Below, piece by piece: positions 1-11,226 of a DNA stretch of 64,000 bases. Source of the DNA: Porphyridium purpureum (taxonomy: Eukaryota). A model generated the notes under the pieces. The model saw only the letters and a program-made list of their open reading frames with translations, was not told where the DNA came from and searched no databases. The position numbers were made by a program, and so were the translations under genes. The stretch lies in NCBI GenBank assembly GCA_008690995.1, contig VRMN01000003.1, positions 2,170,001 to 2,234,000 of the forward strand, read 5' to 3'. Every line of letters starts with the position of its first letter. Position 1 is the stretch's first letter.

Positions 1-1169
1 GCTGCATCTTTTTTCACTGTATCAGAGCGCTCTGGGGTTTCCGAGGCATGCGCAGGCGCGACCAAACTTGGTGGCTCAGGAGGCGCCACAAGATCTGCTT
101 CCTTCTCGTCTTCTACAGCTGGCCTCTCTGAGCTTGCGGCAGCTGCGTCCTTATCCGCCGATTCGTCTGATTCGTCCGATTCGCCACTCGAACTTGAATC
201 ATCGTCCGATGAGTCTACAAGCTTGTTGCGAGACTTCTGGCCCTTGGCCATCTCGTCCATTCGCTTCGACTTCTCGCGCTCAAGCGTTTTGTGTTGCTCC
301 CACGCTTCTTGCTCCGCGCGCTCCTTGTCCAGCTTCTCCTTCAGCTCCTTATCTTTTTGCGCTTTCTTTTCCATTGCCATTATATACGCCTTGGATTTAC
401 CCGCATAGGGATCGCCACCCGCAGCAGCAGGGGCTGGTGTTTCTGAAGCGGCCTGCGGTGCCGATGAAGACGAAGAGGAGGCTTCCCGGTTTAAGGATGA
501 ACTCGTGGCAGTCGCCGTGGCCGCAATGGTCGCGGCGCCCGCGTTTTGCCCGGCGTCATCCTCATCATGCACTGCCAGTATCGGCCGATCCTGGTAGACG
601 TCCGTCCTGGCAGAGCGTCTCAATTCATACACTTCAAGGTCCTTTTCCATATCCTTCTGGAACTGAAGCACCTTTGACCTATCGACCGTTGTGGAGCCAC
701 GACCCAGCGGCATGGCCATTTGGGTATCCACGAGACCTTCCCCGACCATCTTACTCAATTGAACAGAGGCTTTGGACTCGAGCGCGGATGCCTCTGATTC
801 TGGCGCGAGCTCCTGTCCTCCGGCTACGGCGTTCAAGAATTTAGTGAGCCTGATCTGCTCCTTCTCGGCCAGCTCTTTCTTGTGGTTGGCGACCCTGGCC
901 TGCGCCTTTTTGACGACTTCCTCGCCGTACATGTCTTGGAAATCCTCGATCCTGCGCGGGCGGGACCACCCGACTGGCACCTTACCCGTCTGCCACGACA
1001 GCAGAAACTGCTGCGCCGCAATGAAGCGCATCGCCTGCATGGTGCCATCCTTCTCTTTCTCCTCGTACACCCACGGCTTATGATCCACCAGCTCAGACGC
1101 CGCAACCATCCTCATAATCAGCACTTCCTCGGTCGCCTTGCCGGCGCCACCTGCCTTCTTCGACCCCAT
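1..1169 (-). CDS. Hypothetical charged/low-complexity protein, 5' part (runs off the window start)
   Basis: Translated by hand: ATG at 1169 (MGSKKAGGAGKATEEVLIMR...), frame open to base 1 with K/E-rich helical segments and Ser/Asp tracts. Absent from the ORF track because there is no stop in the window. Confidence 0.7.
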   Translation of the reverse strand, partial: MGSKKAGGAGKATEEVLIMRMVAASELVDHKPWVYEEKEKDGTMQAMRFIAAQQFLLSWQTGKVPVGWSRPRRIEDFQDMYGEEVVKKAQARVANHKKELAEKEQIRLTKFLNAVAGGQELAPESEASALESKASVQLSKMVGEGLVDTQMAMPLGRGSTTVDRSKVLQFQKDMEKDLEVYELRRSARTDVYQDRPILAVHDEDDAGQNAGAATIAATATATSSSLNREASSSSSSAPQAASETPAPAAAGGDPYAGKSKAYIMAMEKKAQKDKELKEKLDKERAEQEAWEQHKTLEREKSKRMDEMAKGQKSRNKLVDSSDDDSSSSGESDESDESADKDAAAASSERPAVEDEKEADLVAPPEPPSLVAPAHASETPERSDTVKKDA

Positions 1170-2937
1170 CTTCCTTCCACCTGCCCTTGCACTTTTACTC
1201 GCTCCTTTCTTCCGCTTGTTCTTCAGCCTCTCCCTCTCCTCCCCGCTTCAAATTCTTCATGCAGCGCATCTCTTCCAATCCAACTACTACGCTCGACCTG
1301 TTCTCTATCAAATTCGTCGTGTTTACTAGGAATCCAGCCACAAAAATAAACGGGACGTTTGGCAGATTGTTCAACGAGTCTGTTGCGGGACTTACAGAGC
1401 CTCGGCACGTGTGCCGAGTGGTGTGTTTGATCCGTCTCCCTCTGGACTCGCGATCGCTTGCGGAAATGCTGGGCGTCAACAGAAAACGGACACGACGTCT
1501 TGTGCCTTGCCCCTCTGCCATCGCGCTCGACAACCTGCGCGCGCGCGCGCGTAACCGATGTGAGCTCACGAGAATTGAGCTGCGCAACTGGCCGGCACGG
1601 ATCGCAGCGCGCAGAAGTAAAAGCCTGCGTTGGCCCGCAAATCCCATCTCACCATGCATGTGAGCTGACCGAGGCCTCGCTCGGCTCCACAGATGTTCAT
1701 CACCGACCGGTCGAGAGGCTGCCCGGCGCCAGTTTCACATTGCCTACCTTTCTCGATGGCGATAAAGACAGAGCAGCACAGTGTCTTCCTTGCCACTCGT
1801 GCGTCGTGCAAGACGTCAATCACATCCTGCTGCTTCCCGTCTTCAGGCCCCGAGCTATCCAACACAACGACGCCTGCGGCGCCGCGCCTCACGCGCTTGG
1901 CGCACCAACCGCTGTACCTTGCGTGTCCACTGTACTTGTGTGAAAACCGCCCATCGGCTCTGGGTCTCTCCGCTGCGGCCTCGCAGAACGCGGCTTTTGT
2001 TCGGTAACAGCTAGGCGCTGAGGCGAGGACAAAGTTGTGTTCATGCGCGTTGTCATCCACCGATGACACATGTCGCGTGACGTCTGCTGTGGGACCGCAC
2101 CAGTCGCGCATTCTGCGCGGCCGGGGCCCGTTGGGCATGTGTTGGGTTGCGTCCGGAGCGGAAAGGTTGCCGTGCTGGGGGCCGTGGCATAGCATGGGCT
2201 TGGCGCCAGTGGAGTGGAAGCTCTTTCCAGAAGCCGTTCTAACGGCTGGCAGCATAGTTCTTCCACGCCGGCGGAAGTCGCCGGCAGCCCGAGCCAGGCG
2301 AATGCTTTTTTTGCTGCAACACGGAGGGCGATCGGTGCGAGACCGTGGGCGTGGAACGACGGCCCGAACTCACTTTGAAGGAGGAGATCTTTCGGCAAGG
2401 GCTGCACGACTGAGAAAGCAATTTTGCAGTGGTGAGCACATAACACGTTTGGTTTCGCCGGCGAAGCACGCACGTTTCAGACATGGTGCGCGTGTCCACG
2501 GTGCATAGTCGTCTGCCTCAAAATCAGAGGCGCGCGCTGTGTCCCCCTTTGCGCAGCTTGTTGCAGACTTGCAGACTACGGAATAGTTCAATGGCTGTGG
2601 AGGGGAAGCTAACGTTTCAGTTTGTAGCAAATCCGGCGCGTTTTGACGGGAACGCGCCGGATAAGCCGTGCGCGAATCGCACCGCTCAGATTGAGGTGCG
2701 ATCTTCGTAGCAAAACGGCGTTGATTCAAGGAGTATGTACAGTGCGTACAATGGGTACAGTGTGCTCATCGCGAGGATGCGGGAGGCGGGTGGGAAGCGA
2801 TGCTCCCCTAAAAGATCCACGGTACAGCTAGCCGCACGAAAGCGCGTGGACATGCCGTCGTTGGGCGGGGCGGGCAAGTCGCACAAGCTGCGCACCATCG
2901 CGCCACGTGCCTGGAGATCTCGGCGCGCGCAGTCGGT

Positions 2938-2944
2938 TATAAAA
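2938..2944 (+). promoter_or_regulatory. TATA-like box upstream of the FTR1 gene
   Basis: TATAAAA in GC-rich DNA about 200 bp before the ATG at 3147. Confidence 0.35.
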
Positions 2945-3146
2945 GCGCGTGGGCGGTCGCGTTCTCCAGTGCTGGGCGGGATGGCAGAACACGCAAGGTG
3001 GTTGCAGGCAGAAGAAAGAAGGGGAGGGCCGCGCTGGACGAAATTGGTCGTCGAGCCGCACGCATTTATCGGGGTCGTTGTGCAGGCTGGGCGCCGGGGT
3101 CTCGGATCGGATTGGTGAGACGTGCGTGGAGTGACATTTGCCCAGC

Positions 3147-4772
3147 ATGGTGCAGCTGTTCAGTGTGCCGGCGTTCTTCATCGTGTTCCGCGAGGTGCTC
3201 GAGGCCGCGCTGGTGATCGGTGTGATGCTTGCGTATGTGACGCGAGCTGGCGCAGATCATCTGAAAAAATGGGTGTGGTGGGGAACAGGCGTAGGTGTAG
3301 GATGCTCCATTCTCGTGGGCCTGGGTCTCGGCATTCCTTATTGGGTCGCTGGGGACGAAGTGCTGACGGGGAAGAAAATGTACATCTTTGAAGGCTTCAT
3401 TTACTTGATCGCCGCATGCTTGATCACATGGATGATCATTTGGATGCTGATGATGGGCAAGAACTTGCGCGCCGCCGTGGAGCGCCAGATCGAAGACAAG
3501 CTTGACAAGCAGAACGCCCATTGGTGGATTTTCGGCAGCGTGTTTCTCAACGTGTTCCGCGAGGGAGTCGAAGTTGTCATCTTTATGATCGGGATCGGCG
3601 AAACTGACTGGCGTGCCATCCCAATCCCGGCAGTCCTGGGTATCATCGTTGGCGTTGTCGTGTCAATTATGCTGTTCAAGGGCCTGCTCAAGCTGAACAT
3701 TGGCGCCTTCTTCATGGCCACATCTATGATCTTGGTTGCGTTCGCGGCCGGCCTCTTCTCGCGCTCGTGGCACGAGTTTCAGGAGGCCGATTGGCTCGGC
3801 TTGTACCAGACAGACAACTCGCTTGAGAGGCCGTGGTGGAACGCCATCATGTGGTCGACCAAGGCGTGCTGCAATGACAAGGAGAACCAGTTCTTTGCCA
3901 TGTTGCGTGCGCTGTTTGGCTACCAGGATACACCCACGTACTTGGAGTTTATCACGTATTTTGGATACTGGTTCCTCTTTTCGTGGGTCACAATCTATAT
4001 TTACCGCGAGCAGGTCTTTGGCCGTCGCGACAGGACCGCATCGTTTGTGAAGACGTCAAGCTGCGTGATGGCGTTCGCGGCGTTCATCGGATGGATCTTT
4101 GCGCTGAGCTACCAGCCGGAGGAGTGGAACAATAATGTTTCTTGGATTGCCGTCATGATGACCACGTTGATGTTCTTCCTGTCCCTTGTGGCCGTTTTCA
4201 TTTCCTTCGACTTCTTTGCCTGCCGTTGGCAAGCCATTGCGCAGAGGCGCCGTGCGATTACCATCGGTGTGGCTGCTTGCTGGGCGGTGCTTCTGGTGCT
4301 CGCGTTCGCGCTGACCACGGCGCAGATGGTGTGTGGCGCAAATGTTCCGCAGTCCTCGTGCAGCCTTCCGGTCTTCTTCTACTGGAACCTTATCTTCAGC
4401 GTAGAATGGGCAACACAGGCCCAGACGACCACGCAGTACACTTCATTGGCGCTGCTCTCCATCGCGTTGGTGATCTCGATGTTCTACTGCGGCTTCCATT
4501 CGTTCTGGACATTTGTGATGGCTCGTGATATTGATCAGGATGGCCTTTACAACTACACGCCGACCGTGACGCACGACGACAAATACGGTGCGATCGAGTC
4601 GTTTGCTGACATCGAGGAGGGCATGCACACCGTGCCCGGAAAGGAGGTTGACGGTGATGACTCGAACTCGAACTCGGACTCATCGCCTGCGATGATGGAG
4701 AACGAAGACGGCACGGTCCGGTCTGAGGACGCACGAGAGGCGGAGCGGCTAGTCGATGCATCTGCTGCATGA
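3147..4772 (+). CDS. FTR1: High-affinity iron permease, FTR1 family, with extra C-terminal membrane segments
   Basis: Two REXXE motifs (FREVLE, FREGVE), multiple TM helices, ALFGY...P motif. First ATG at 3147. Confidence 0.92.
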   Translation: MVQLFSVPAFFIVFREVLEAALVIGVMLAYVTRAGADHLKKWVWWGTGVGVGCSILVGLGLGIPYWVAGDEVLTGKKMYIFEGFIYLIAACLITWMIIWMLMMGKNLRAAVERQIEDKLDKQNAHWWIFGSVFLNVFREGVEVVIFMIGIGETDWRAIPIPAVLGIIVGVVVSIMLFKGLLKLNIGAFFMATSMILVAFAAGLFSRSWHEFQEADWLGLYQTDNSLERPWWNAIMWSTKACCNDKENQFFAMLRALFGYQDTPTYLEFITYFGYWFLFSWVTIYIYREQVFGRRDRTASFVKTSSCVMAFAAFIGWIFALSYQPEEWNNNVSWIAVMMTTLMFFLSLVAVFISFDFFACRWQAIAQRRRAITIGVAACWAVLLVLAFALTTAQMVCGANVPQSSCSLPVFFYWNLIFSVEWATQAQTTTQYTSLALLSIALVISMFYCGFHSFWTFVMARDIDQDGLYNYTPTVTHDDKYGAIESFADIEEGMHTVPGKEVDGDDSNSNSDSSPAMMENEDGTVRSEDAREAERLVDASAA

Positions 4773-5090
4773 ATAACGTTAGGGGAGAACTCTTACGAAA
4801 GCGCAACCTTAGGTACCGGTAGTTGTTAGGCAAGGAACGAGAGTGGAAAAATTAAACGAATCTTTCCTTCGCGATGAATGCAATCCAGCGTCTAGCATCA
4901 ATCGGCCTTGCGTCTGCGTCTCCATGCCACCGCATGAAGCACAGCAACAGCTCCTAGCCTCTTTTGAGCGTGTACAGTGGTACTGTTCTCTCGATCTCGG
5001 CGTCCTCAATGCGCAGCGTCAGCGCCGCGTGCAGCTGTTGAATGTGCCTCGCGAACGCGTGCGCAAGAGCTTTTCGTGATTCTGCTCACG

Positions 5091-6353
5091 ATGGTGTTGT
5101 GCGGGGCTTTTGTGTCGCCAAATGTTGGTGCTGTCTCGGACGTCGCGCACGCAAGGCACCGCCCGGTCGGTGGTCGGCGTACTGCCACGCTGAGTACGCA
5201 TCGCCGCTGCTCGCACGCGCTGCTGTGCCACGCCGCGCCGACATCGCCGGCGTCATCATCGATATCAGGCGCACAGAGTGGCGCTGACCCACTGAAGAAT
5301 GACCTCCTTCTTCGCGCCGCGCGTGGAGAACATGTCGAGCGCACCCCCGTCTGGCTCTTCCGGCAGGCCGGCCGGCACCTGCCCGAGTACAACGAGTACA
5401 AGAAGCGCACGAACAAAAATTTCCTCGAGCTGCTCCGGGACCCAAAGGATGTGGCTGAAGTCACCATGCAACCTGTGCGCAGGTACGACGTGGACGCCGC
5501 GATCTTGTTCAGCGATATTTTGGTCATTGTCGAGGCCATGGGTCTCAAAGTCGAAATGCCCGGCGGAAAGGGCATCACCGTCCCAGAACCCATCGCGTCT
5601 CCTGAAGACCTCGCCGCTCGTGTAAGTCTCAAGCTCGACGTCCAGCAGGCGCTCGGACATGTCTTGGAAGCAGTGCGCGAAATCAAGAAGGAACTGGCCG
5701 GGCGAGTACCGCTGATCGGGTTTTCGGCCGCGCCATGGACTCTGCTGTTCTACATGGTGGGTGGAAGTTCGCGGAAAAACCAGCAGAATGGAACGCAATG
5801 GCTCGAGCAGCACCCAGAGGAGAGCCGCAAACTGCTGGACGCGCTGACCGACATTGTTATCGACTACTTGTGCCTGCAGGTGGACCACGGTGCGGACATT
5901 CTTCAGGTGTTTGAGGCCATGGGGGAGTTCATCAGTGAGCCGCACTTTGAAGAGTTTGCCTTGCCGTGTCTGCAGAGAATTGTCACAGAGATTCGCGCAC
6001 GGCGGCCCGGTGTGTCTGTCATGGTTTTCCCGCGCGGCGCAAGCTACTCACTTCCCGCGCTTGCGGCGGCTGGGTACGACGTTCTGACCATCGACACGTC
6101 CACCAGCCGTCAGGAAGCGCGCGCAGCCTTCCCATCCGCAACATTACAGGGCAACTACGCGCCGTCGCTACTGGTGGACAGCAGCGCGGAGCACGTGCGC
6201 GCCACGGTACGCGAGATGCTGTCGGAATTGGGCCCGCAGCAGTTGATCGCGAACCTCGGCGAGGGCCTGACAGGCAAGGAGAAGCCGGAGCTTGTGGACG
6301 AGTTCGTACGTTCTGTGCACAACATCTCAGAAGAGCTCATCCATGGCGCCTAA
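5091..6353 (+). CDS. hemE: Uroporphyrinogen decarboxylase, probably plastid-targeted
   Basis: [41 protein letters not shown] and IANLGEG motifs. N-terminal S/R/A-rich transit-like leader from ATG 5091. Confidence 0.95.
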   Translation: MVLCGAFVSPNVGAVSDVAHARHRPVGGRRTATLSTHRRCSHALLCHAAPTSPASSSISGAQSGADPLKNDLLLRAARGEHVERTPVWLFRQAGRHLPEYNEYKKRTNKNFLELLRDPKDVAEVTMQPVRRYDVDAAILFSDILVIVEAMGLKVEMPGGKGITVPEPIASPEDLAARVSLKLDVQQALGHVLEAVREIKKELAGRVPLIGFSAAPWTLLFYMVGGSSRKNQQNGTQWLEQHPEESRKLLDALTDIVIDYLCLQVDHGADILQVFEAMGEFISEPHFEEFALPCLQRIVTEIRARRPGVSVMVFPRGASYSLPALAAAGYDVLTIDTSTSRQEARAAFPSATLQGNYAPSLLVDSSAEHVRATVREMLSELGPQQLIANLGEGLTGKEKPELVDEFVRSVHNISEELIHGA

Positions 6354-6605
6354 TGCCTCCAACCATGGCACCACAACAGGCAGGCGCACACAAAGTCCCA
6401 TGGATTCCCTCCCATCCATGGGCCAAGTGATTAAAAATGAAGGTTAAAAAACCCGCCCACACAAATTGAGGGCGTTTTATTAGATTGTCAAAATTGGGGT
6501 TGTGGAGGTACAGTGCGTATCGGACAAGGTACAGCGTGCAAAGATCTGAGCGGCTTTTGAACGCAGCAAGCCGGAGCATGTGGGCGAGGTTGCGTTGCGC
6601 GAGTG

Positions 6606-6614
6606 CGTGTGTGA

Positions 6615-6645
<31 letters not shown>
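6606..6645. repeat. Compound (GT)n(GA)n microsatellite
   Basis: gcgtgtgtgagtgtgtgtgtgtgagagagagagagagagg. Confidence 0.8.
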
Positions 6646-6802
6646 GCCGACGCGCGGAACGGTCCGCGCGCGCAATGACGGCAGCGCAGGGCATGCAGAT
6701 GCAAGTGTGTCGGTAGAAGCGAGGAGCGCGCGGAGGTCGGAGCTCACCGCACGGGATATGCCCGTGTAGCCATTCTGCCGCGGTGTGGTCAGATCTGCAA
6801 GC

Positions 6803-8896
6803 ATGCCGCCGGTGGGGAGCGAGGCTCAAGAATATCTGCTGCAGTTGCGAGAAGGTGGGCGCGAAGGGCTGGTAGACGCTGGGGGCAGTGGTCCGTGTGA
6901 CTTCCAGCAGCGTGCCGAAGAAGAAGGAAGAAGAAGACGAAGGGGTCGTGCCGCGGGCAGTCGTAGCGGCGAAGAACAGGGAGAGCACGTCCTGTCGCTG
7001 CGAGACGCTGACAGCAGTGACAGCGATTCGCGAGACCGAGCGTCGTCACTACGATCACTTCATCAACAGCAGAAACAGCGATTGCTGCTGGCTGCAAGTG
7101 TGGGACTGGTCGCGACGTACAAAACACTGCATCCGCAGTACGAGTACCGCTCGGACATGAATCCGCAGCGTGTGCTGACAAGCGACGATAAGCCCATGCA
7201 TAATCACGGGCTCGATAATCAAGGCCACGACTTGATTTTGTCGGCAAACGATATTTTGCGTGGGCCAGCCGACCAGGGCGACTACGAGGTGGAGGATCTT
7301 TTGGGCATAGGCACGTTCGGACAGGTCGTGAGCTGCAGGCATTTGCCCTCAGGCAGATCTGTGGCTGTCAAGGTGATCAAAAACCTGGCCTCGTATGAAA
7401 AGCAGGCTCGACTCGAGATGGCCATCCTCGATGAAATTCATCAGCTCGCAAGCAATACTGACACGACTCGCATCATTAAGCTCTTGAACCATTTTACCTA
7501 TGCAGGACACCTCTGCTTAGTGTTTGAGAAGCTGTCTCACAATTTGTTCGAGGTGATCCAGCAGAATAATTATCGCGGAATGGACTTGTCTGTCGTGCGC
7601 CAACTTGTGTCGCAGCTGCTTTCGGCTATGGTTGTTCTCGAAGACTTGCGCATCACGCACTGCGATATTAAGCCGGAGAACATGATGTTGGCCAAAAGTG
7701 ATCGTCTGGACATGGTATTGATTGACTTTGGCTCGGCGCGCCGGCACGAGGACAAATTGTTCTCCTACGTACAGTCGCGCTTTTACCGTGCACCTGAGGT
7801 GATTTTGGGCGGCGCTTACGACACGAAGATTGATGCGTGGAGCTTAGGCTGCGTAGCCGCCGAACTCATGCTCGGTCTGCCGCTATTTCCGGGTCAGACA
7901 GAATATAATATGCTGCAACGGATCACCGAAATGATAGGCGACGCAAGCGCTGACTTCATCGAGCGATGCCCGAATGCATACAGGTATTACGAACGCGTTG
8001 ACGACGACGATTCAGACACAAGCCAGCCATGCTCATACTATCGACTGCGACTTGAGCGTGAAGTTCGTCAAAGTATCGCATCGTCCCCAAGTACGGGCGC
8101 GGAAGGACTGGACCCGAATATGAATGTGTCGCAGAATCCAGTGGACTTGGCGGCGATGCCAAAGGCTAGTGGAGATGGAGGGAGCGCCGCAGGTTTAGGC
8201 AGTGGATCAGGGTCGTGGACCAGGTACTTCAAGCACCAAACGTTGCATGACATTATCATGATGTATCCGAATCGAAAGAGGAAAGCGGGCAGTGCGGTTG
8301 CACACGACGTGCAGGAACGAAAGCAATTTCTTGATTTTCTCCAACAGCTTTTGCGGATCGATCCCACGCAGCGATGGAGTGCAAAACAGGCAAGTATACA
8401 TCCGTTTGTGAGCTCAAGACTCGCTGCAGGTGATGTAAGGGCCGATTCTAGACCCGCTGCTGTGCGTGGGAGTGGTCCTAGCAGCGCACCCGCCCCGCAA
8501 TATACGGCGTGGAATGCACCAGGTGCGCACACAGCGAGTGGTACTCCTCGGGAGGCTTACAATCCGTTGCAACGACACCCAGGGGCAGGCGAGAGAGCTG
8601 GGCGCGTTGATGATGACGTGAATGCACCTGGCATCGATTCGCCAGGGAATTTGGAAGCTGGGCAGAGCGGGTATGATCGTTCTGTAAGAGGTCACAATCA
8701 TCAAGTGATGGTACCGAACGCAAACATCATCGAGACTTCGTCCGGGCGTGAAGGAGGTACGCCTGAGTATGGCACCACGCACGCTTGTGAAGGCTCCCAT
8801 AACGATTCAGAAGAGTGCAGAGATCCTGCGTCGAAAGCATCCGCGTCGGACTGTGCCGATGAGCTGGAGGAACTGGAAGGAGTCTTTAGTGAGTGA
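6803..8896 (+). CDS. YAK1: DYRK-family dual-specificity protein kinase, YAK1-like
   Basis: LGIGTFGQV, VAVKVIKN, HCDIKPEN, DFGSA, YVQSRFYRAPE. YAK1-type pre-kinase segment RVLT...HNHGLDNQGHDLIL. Confidence 0.88.
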   Translation: MPPVGSEAQEYLLQLREGGREGLVDAGGSGPCDFQQRAEEEGRRRRRGRAAGSRSGEEQGEHVLSLRDADSSDSDSRDRASSLRSLHQQQKQRLLLAASVGLVATYKTLHPQYEYRSDMNPQRVLTSDDKPMHNHGLDNQGHDLILSANDILRGPADQGDYEVEDLLGIGTFGQVVSCRHLPSGRSVAVKVIKNLASYEKQARLEMAILDEIHQLASNTDTTRIIKLLNHFTYAGHLCLVFEKLSHNLFEVIQQNNYRGMDLSVVRQLVSQLLSAMVVLEDLRITHCDIKPENMMLAKSDRLDMVLIDFGSARRHEDKLFSYVQSRFYRAPEVILGGAYDTKIDAWSLGCVAAELMLGLPLFPGQTEYNMLQRITEMIGDASADFIERCPNAYRYYERVDDDDSDTSQPCSYYRLRLEREVRQSIASSPSTGAEGLDPNMNVSQNPVDLAAMPKASGDGGSAAGLGSGSGSWTRYFKHQTLHDIIMMYPNRKRKAGSAVAHDVQERKQFLDFLQQLLRIDPTQRWSAKQASIHPFVSSRLAAGDVRADSRPAAVRGSGPSSAPAPQYTAWNAPGAHTASGTPREAYNPLQRHPGAGERAGRVDDDVNAPGIDSPGNLEAGQSGYDRSVRGHNHQVMVPNANIIETSSGREGGTPEYGTTHACEGSHNDSEECRDPASKASASDCADELEELEGVFSE

Positions 8897-9178
8897 GCTG
8901 TGCTCAAAGGTCGGTGAAGCGAAATGACTTGACGACGTCCTGCTCGGCTGAATGAACAAATGATTAAACTGGCTATTTAAGTCCCTTCTCACACGCTATG
9001 CACAGGGAGGTACGAACGGAACTAACGTGTGCCGCAAAGTCCAGGACTCGCGTTCTGGCGCTTTGAAGAAAGACAAACTAAACACGGAGATTTACAAACG
9101 CCCAACGAAATACTTGTATGCAGCGAGCGTTTTAGCGATACTCTTTTTGTACATATCGTACAATCGGTGTCACCGTTT

Positions 9179-10987
9179 TCACGATTCCTCCTGTGTGGTT
9201 CTTCTTTCACGTTCGAGCAGCTGGATGAGGATCTGTATTAAATTATGAAGCCCGAACAGATAGCCCTCATCCACTTTGCGATCGTCGTTGTGCTGTGTAT
9301 GGGCAAAGTCAATCATCTTGACGTCAGCCACAGGAAGGTGATCATTCTTCGCCACCGCGTCAAGGTCACCTTCGTACACGATGAGGACTGAGGATGAATA
9401 AAATCTGAAGAGTGTCTGCTTTTGCATCTTCTCGAAAAGGATTCGCAAGCGCTCGACTACCACGCGAATGGCATCGTACCGAACGCACTGCCCGTTGGAG
9501 AAGAATCGAGAAAACTCATTCATGAGGTCCTCTGGCTTGAGGCTTCTTCCACGATACTTGTCGTAGAACAGGAATGTGCCGCTTGCGGCGTTATATACCT
9601 GCATGCCCGTGAAGCGAATGCCTACTGAATGACTGGTCGTGTTCTTTGACTTTTCAATGTGTCGCCTCACCTTCTCTTCAGGGGCGTCGTCATCATAGTG
9701 TCGCCTACCTATCTTCAGGTCGAGCACGCACGGGCTCGTAAACCTTGCGTTTACGTCCGCGATTTGAATGAATATGTTGTTACTAGCTGCCTCGGTCGCT
9801 GAATACAATTCTCGCATTTTGCCGGCCCAGGGACTCATGCCAACCTCTTCGCCGAGTCCAGCACCTTTGCCCTGAGTCGCAGCCCCGACCGTTTTCCACA
9901 CACTCGAGCCCGTTCTGTGTATAGATGACACTGGGCGCAACGATTGTGACGACGCTGTCGACAGCGGGGTCGAGTCACCATCGGCGCCACCGGCGTTCGG
10001 CTGGGCCCCAGGAAATTCAAGATTTTCGACACACGGCGCATCTGGGTTCGGCGGTTCAACCTGCTCGTTTTGCAGCGCTATGCGCTGCATTGCTAACGCT
10101 GTTGACTTCCTCACCAAGCCAGACTCTGGAGAGGCCGGAACTGCGGTGTGACCGAGTTCCCGCCGTGCCCTCCCCGACTGCGTGGTGCGTTCATATTTCC
10201 CAAAGTATTGCGGACAAAAGTCGCGCATCCATCTGATTTCCTTTGGGGCGTCCTTGAGCCACAGCGTCTCGTAGAAGACGTACTCCTTTCGATGCAGCGG
10301 CTTCAACACGCGTCCACACACTCGGCTAAGTGGGCCGTGCCCGCCCACTTGGTGCGGGTACGGCTTGAGCTCGCTCTCATCCAGTCGATGAGCCGAGTAT
10401 GCGTACATTCTCAGAGGAGCTACATCCACATCTCTTGGCGGACTCGCGCGCGATAATCGTACCCCATGCTCCTCATCACCATCGTCATCTCCGCCTCCTT
10501 CCTCCTCCTCCGTGGTGACGACAGCGGATGCGCTGAACGCGGAGCGGAACGTCGGCGAGTGAATCTTGTCCTCGGCGGCGTCTTCTGCTGACGACAGGCA
10601 ATCCATGTCCATCGTTTCCATCCCCATGTTCAAGTTCACCGCCACATCGACCATCTCGGCACCATGTGCGCCGCGGAGTGCCGCGCCACTGGCGCTGCCT
10701 GATCCGTCGTCGTGCACCATATGAATTCTATCATCACGCTGACCCCCGCCTTGCCCCTTTCCCCGTGCGTGCGCGGGTGGTGGCCTCGGCGACGCGTCGT
10801 TGTCGCGCATGGGACTCCCGAGCGGCGACAGGAACGAGCGCTCAGCCACGGCTTGCGAGCTGCTCTGCTGCTGCTGCTGCCTCAACGACGGCATCCGTTC
10901 GAGCCGCTTGGAGCCGCGGCGCGTCAACTCCCGCCGCGCCTCGGTACCAGCGCCGTCCCGCGGCGAATTCACCGCTTCCATCTCCAT
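9179..10987 (-). CDS. Inositol polyphosphate kinase (IPK superfamily: IPMK/IP6K)
   Basis: HQVGGHG, PCVLDLKIG (PxxxDxKxG), YSSSVLIVY and MIDFAH motifs. Start codon uncertain. Confidence 0.92.
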   Translation of the reverse strand: MEMEAVNSPRDGAGTEARRELTRRGSKRLERMPSLRQQQQQSSSQAVAERSFLSPLGSPMRDNDASPRPPPAHARGKGQGGGQRDDRIHMVHDDGSGSASGAALRGAHGAEMVDVAVNLNMGMETMDMDCLSSAEDAAEDKIHSPTFRSAFSASAVVTTEEEEGGGDDDGDEEHGVRLSRASPPRDVDVAPLRMYAYSAHRLDESELKPYPHQVGGHGPLSRVCGRVLKPLHRKEYVFYETLWLKDAPKEIRWMRDFCPQYFGKYERTTQSGRARRELGHTAVPASPESGLVRKSTALAMQRIALQNEQVEPPNPDAPCVENLEFPGAQPNAGGADGDSTPLSTASSQSLRPVSSIHRTGSSVWKTVGAATQGKGAGLGEEVGMSPWAGKMRELYSATEAASNNIFIQIADVNARFTSPCVLDLKIGRRHYDDDAPEEKVRRHIEKSKNTTSHSVGIRFTGMQVYNAASGTFLFYDKYRGRSLKPEDLMNEFSRFFSNGQCVRYDAIRVVVERLRILFEKMQKQTLFRFYSSSVLIVYEGDLDAVAKNDHLPVADVKMIDFAHTQHNDDRKVDEGYLFGLHNLIQILIQLLERERRTTQEES

Positions 10988-11226
10988 CCAACCTGTGCAC
11001 CGCAAGCACACATCGACACTCTGGCACACACACTCCCCCCTTGTGTCACACCAGCGCAAGCCCGCAATTCATCTGCCAGCTGCCCCCCTCAAAGCGCGTT
11101 TCATACAAAAACGACCCACATTTACTATGGAACCATGAATTAGGGTTTGAAAGTCGAATGGAATCTAAGAGAATCCGAGGTGGGGAGGTGAGTTTCGTCG
11201 CGCCTCGTCGCGTATATCCTGTCCCA

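Noticed and set aside
68..844. 258-aa plus-strand ORF
   Set aside because: Antisense shadow of the minus-strand ORF starting at 1169; no protein-like features.
1195..2508. Several overlapping 150-230 aa ORFs
   Set aside because: No recognisable motifs, mostly non-ATG starts; expected by chance in GC-rich DNA.
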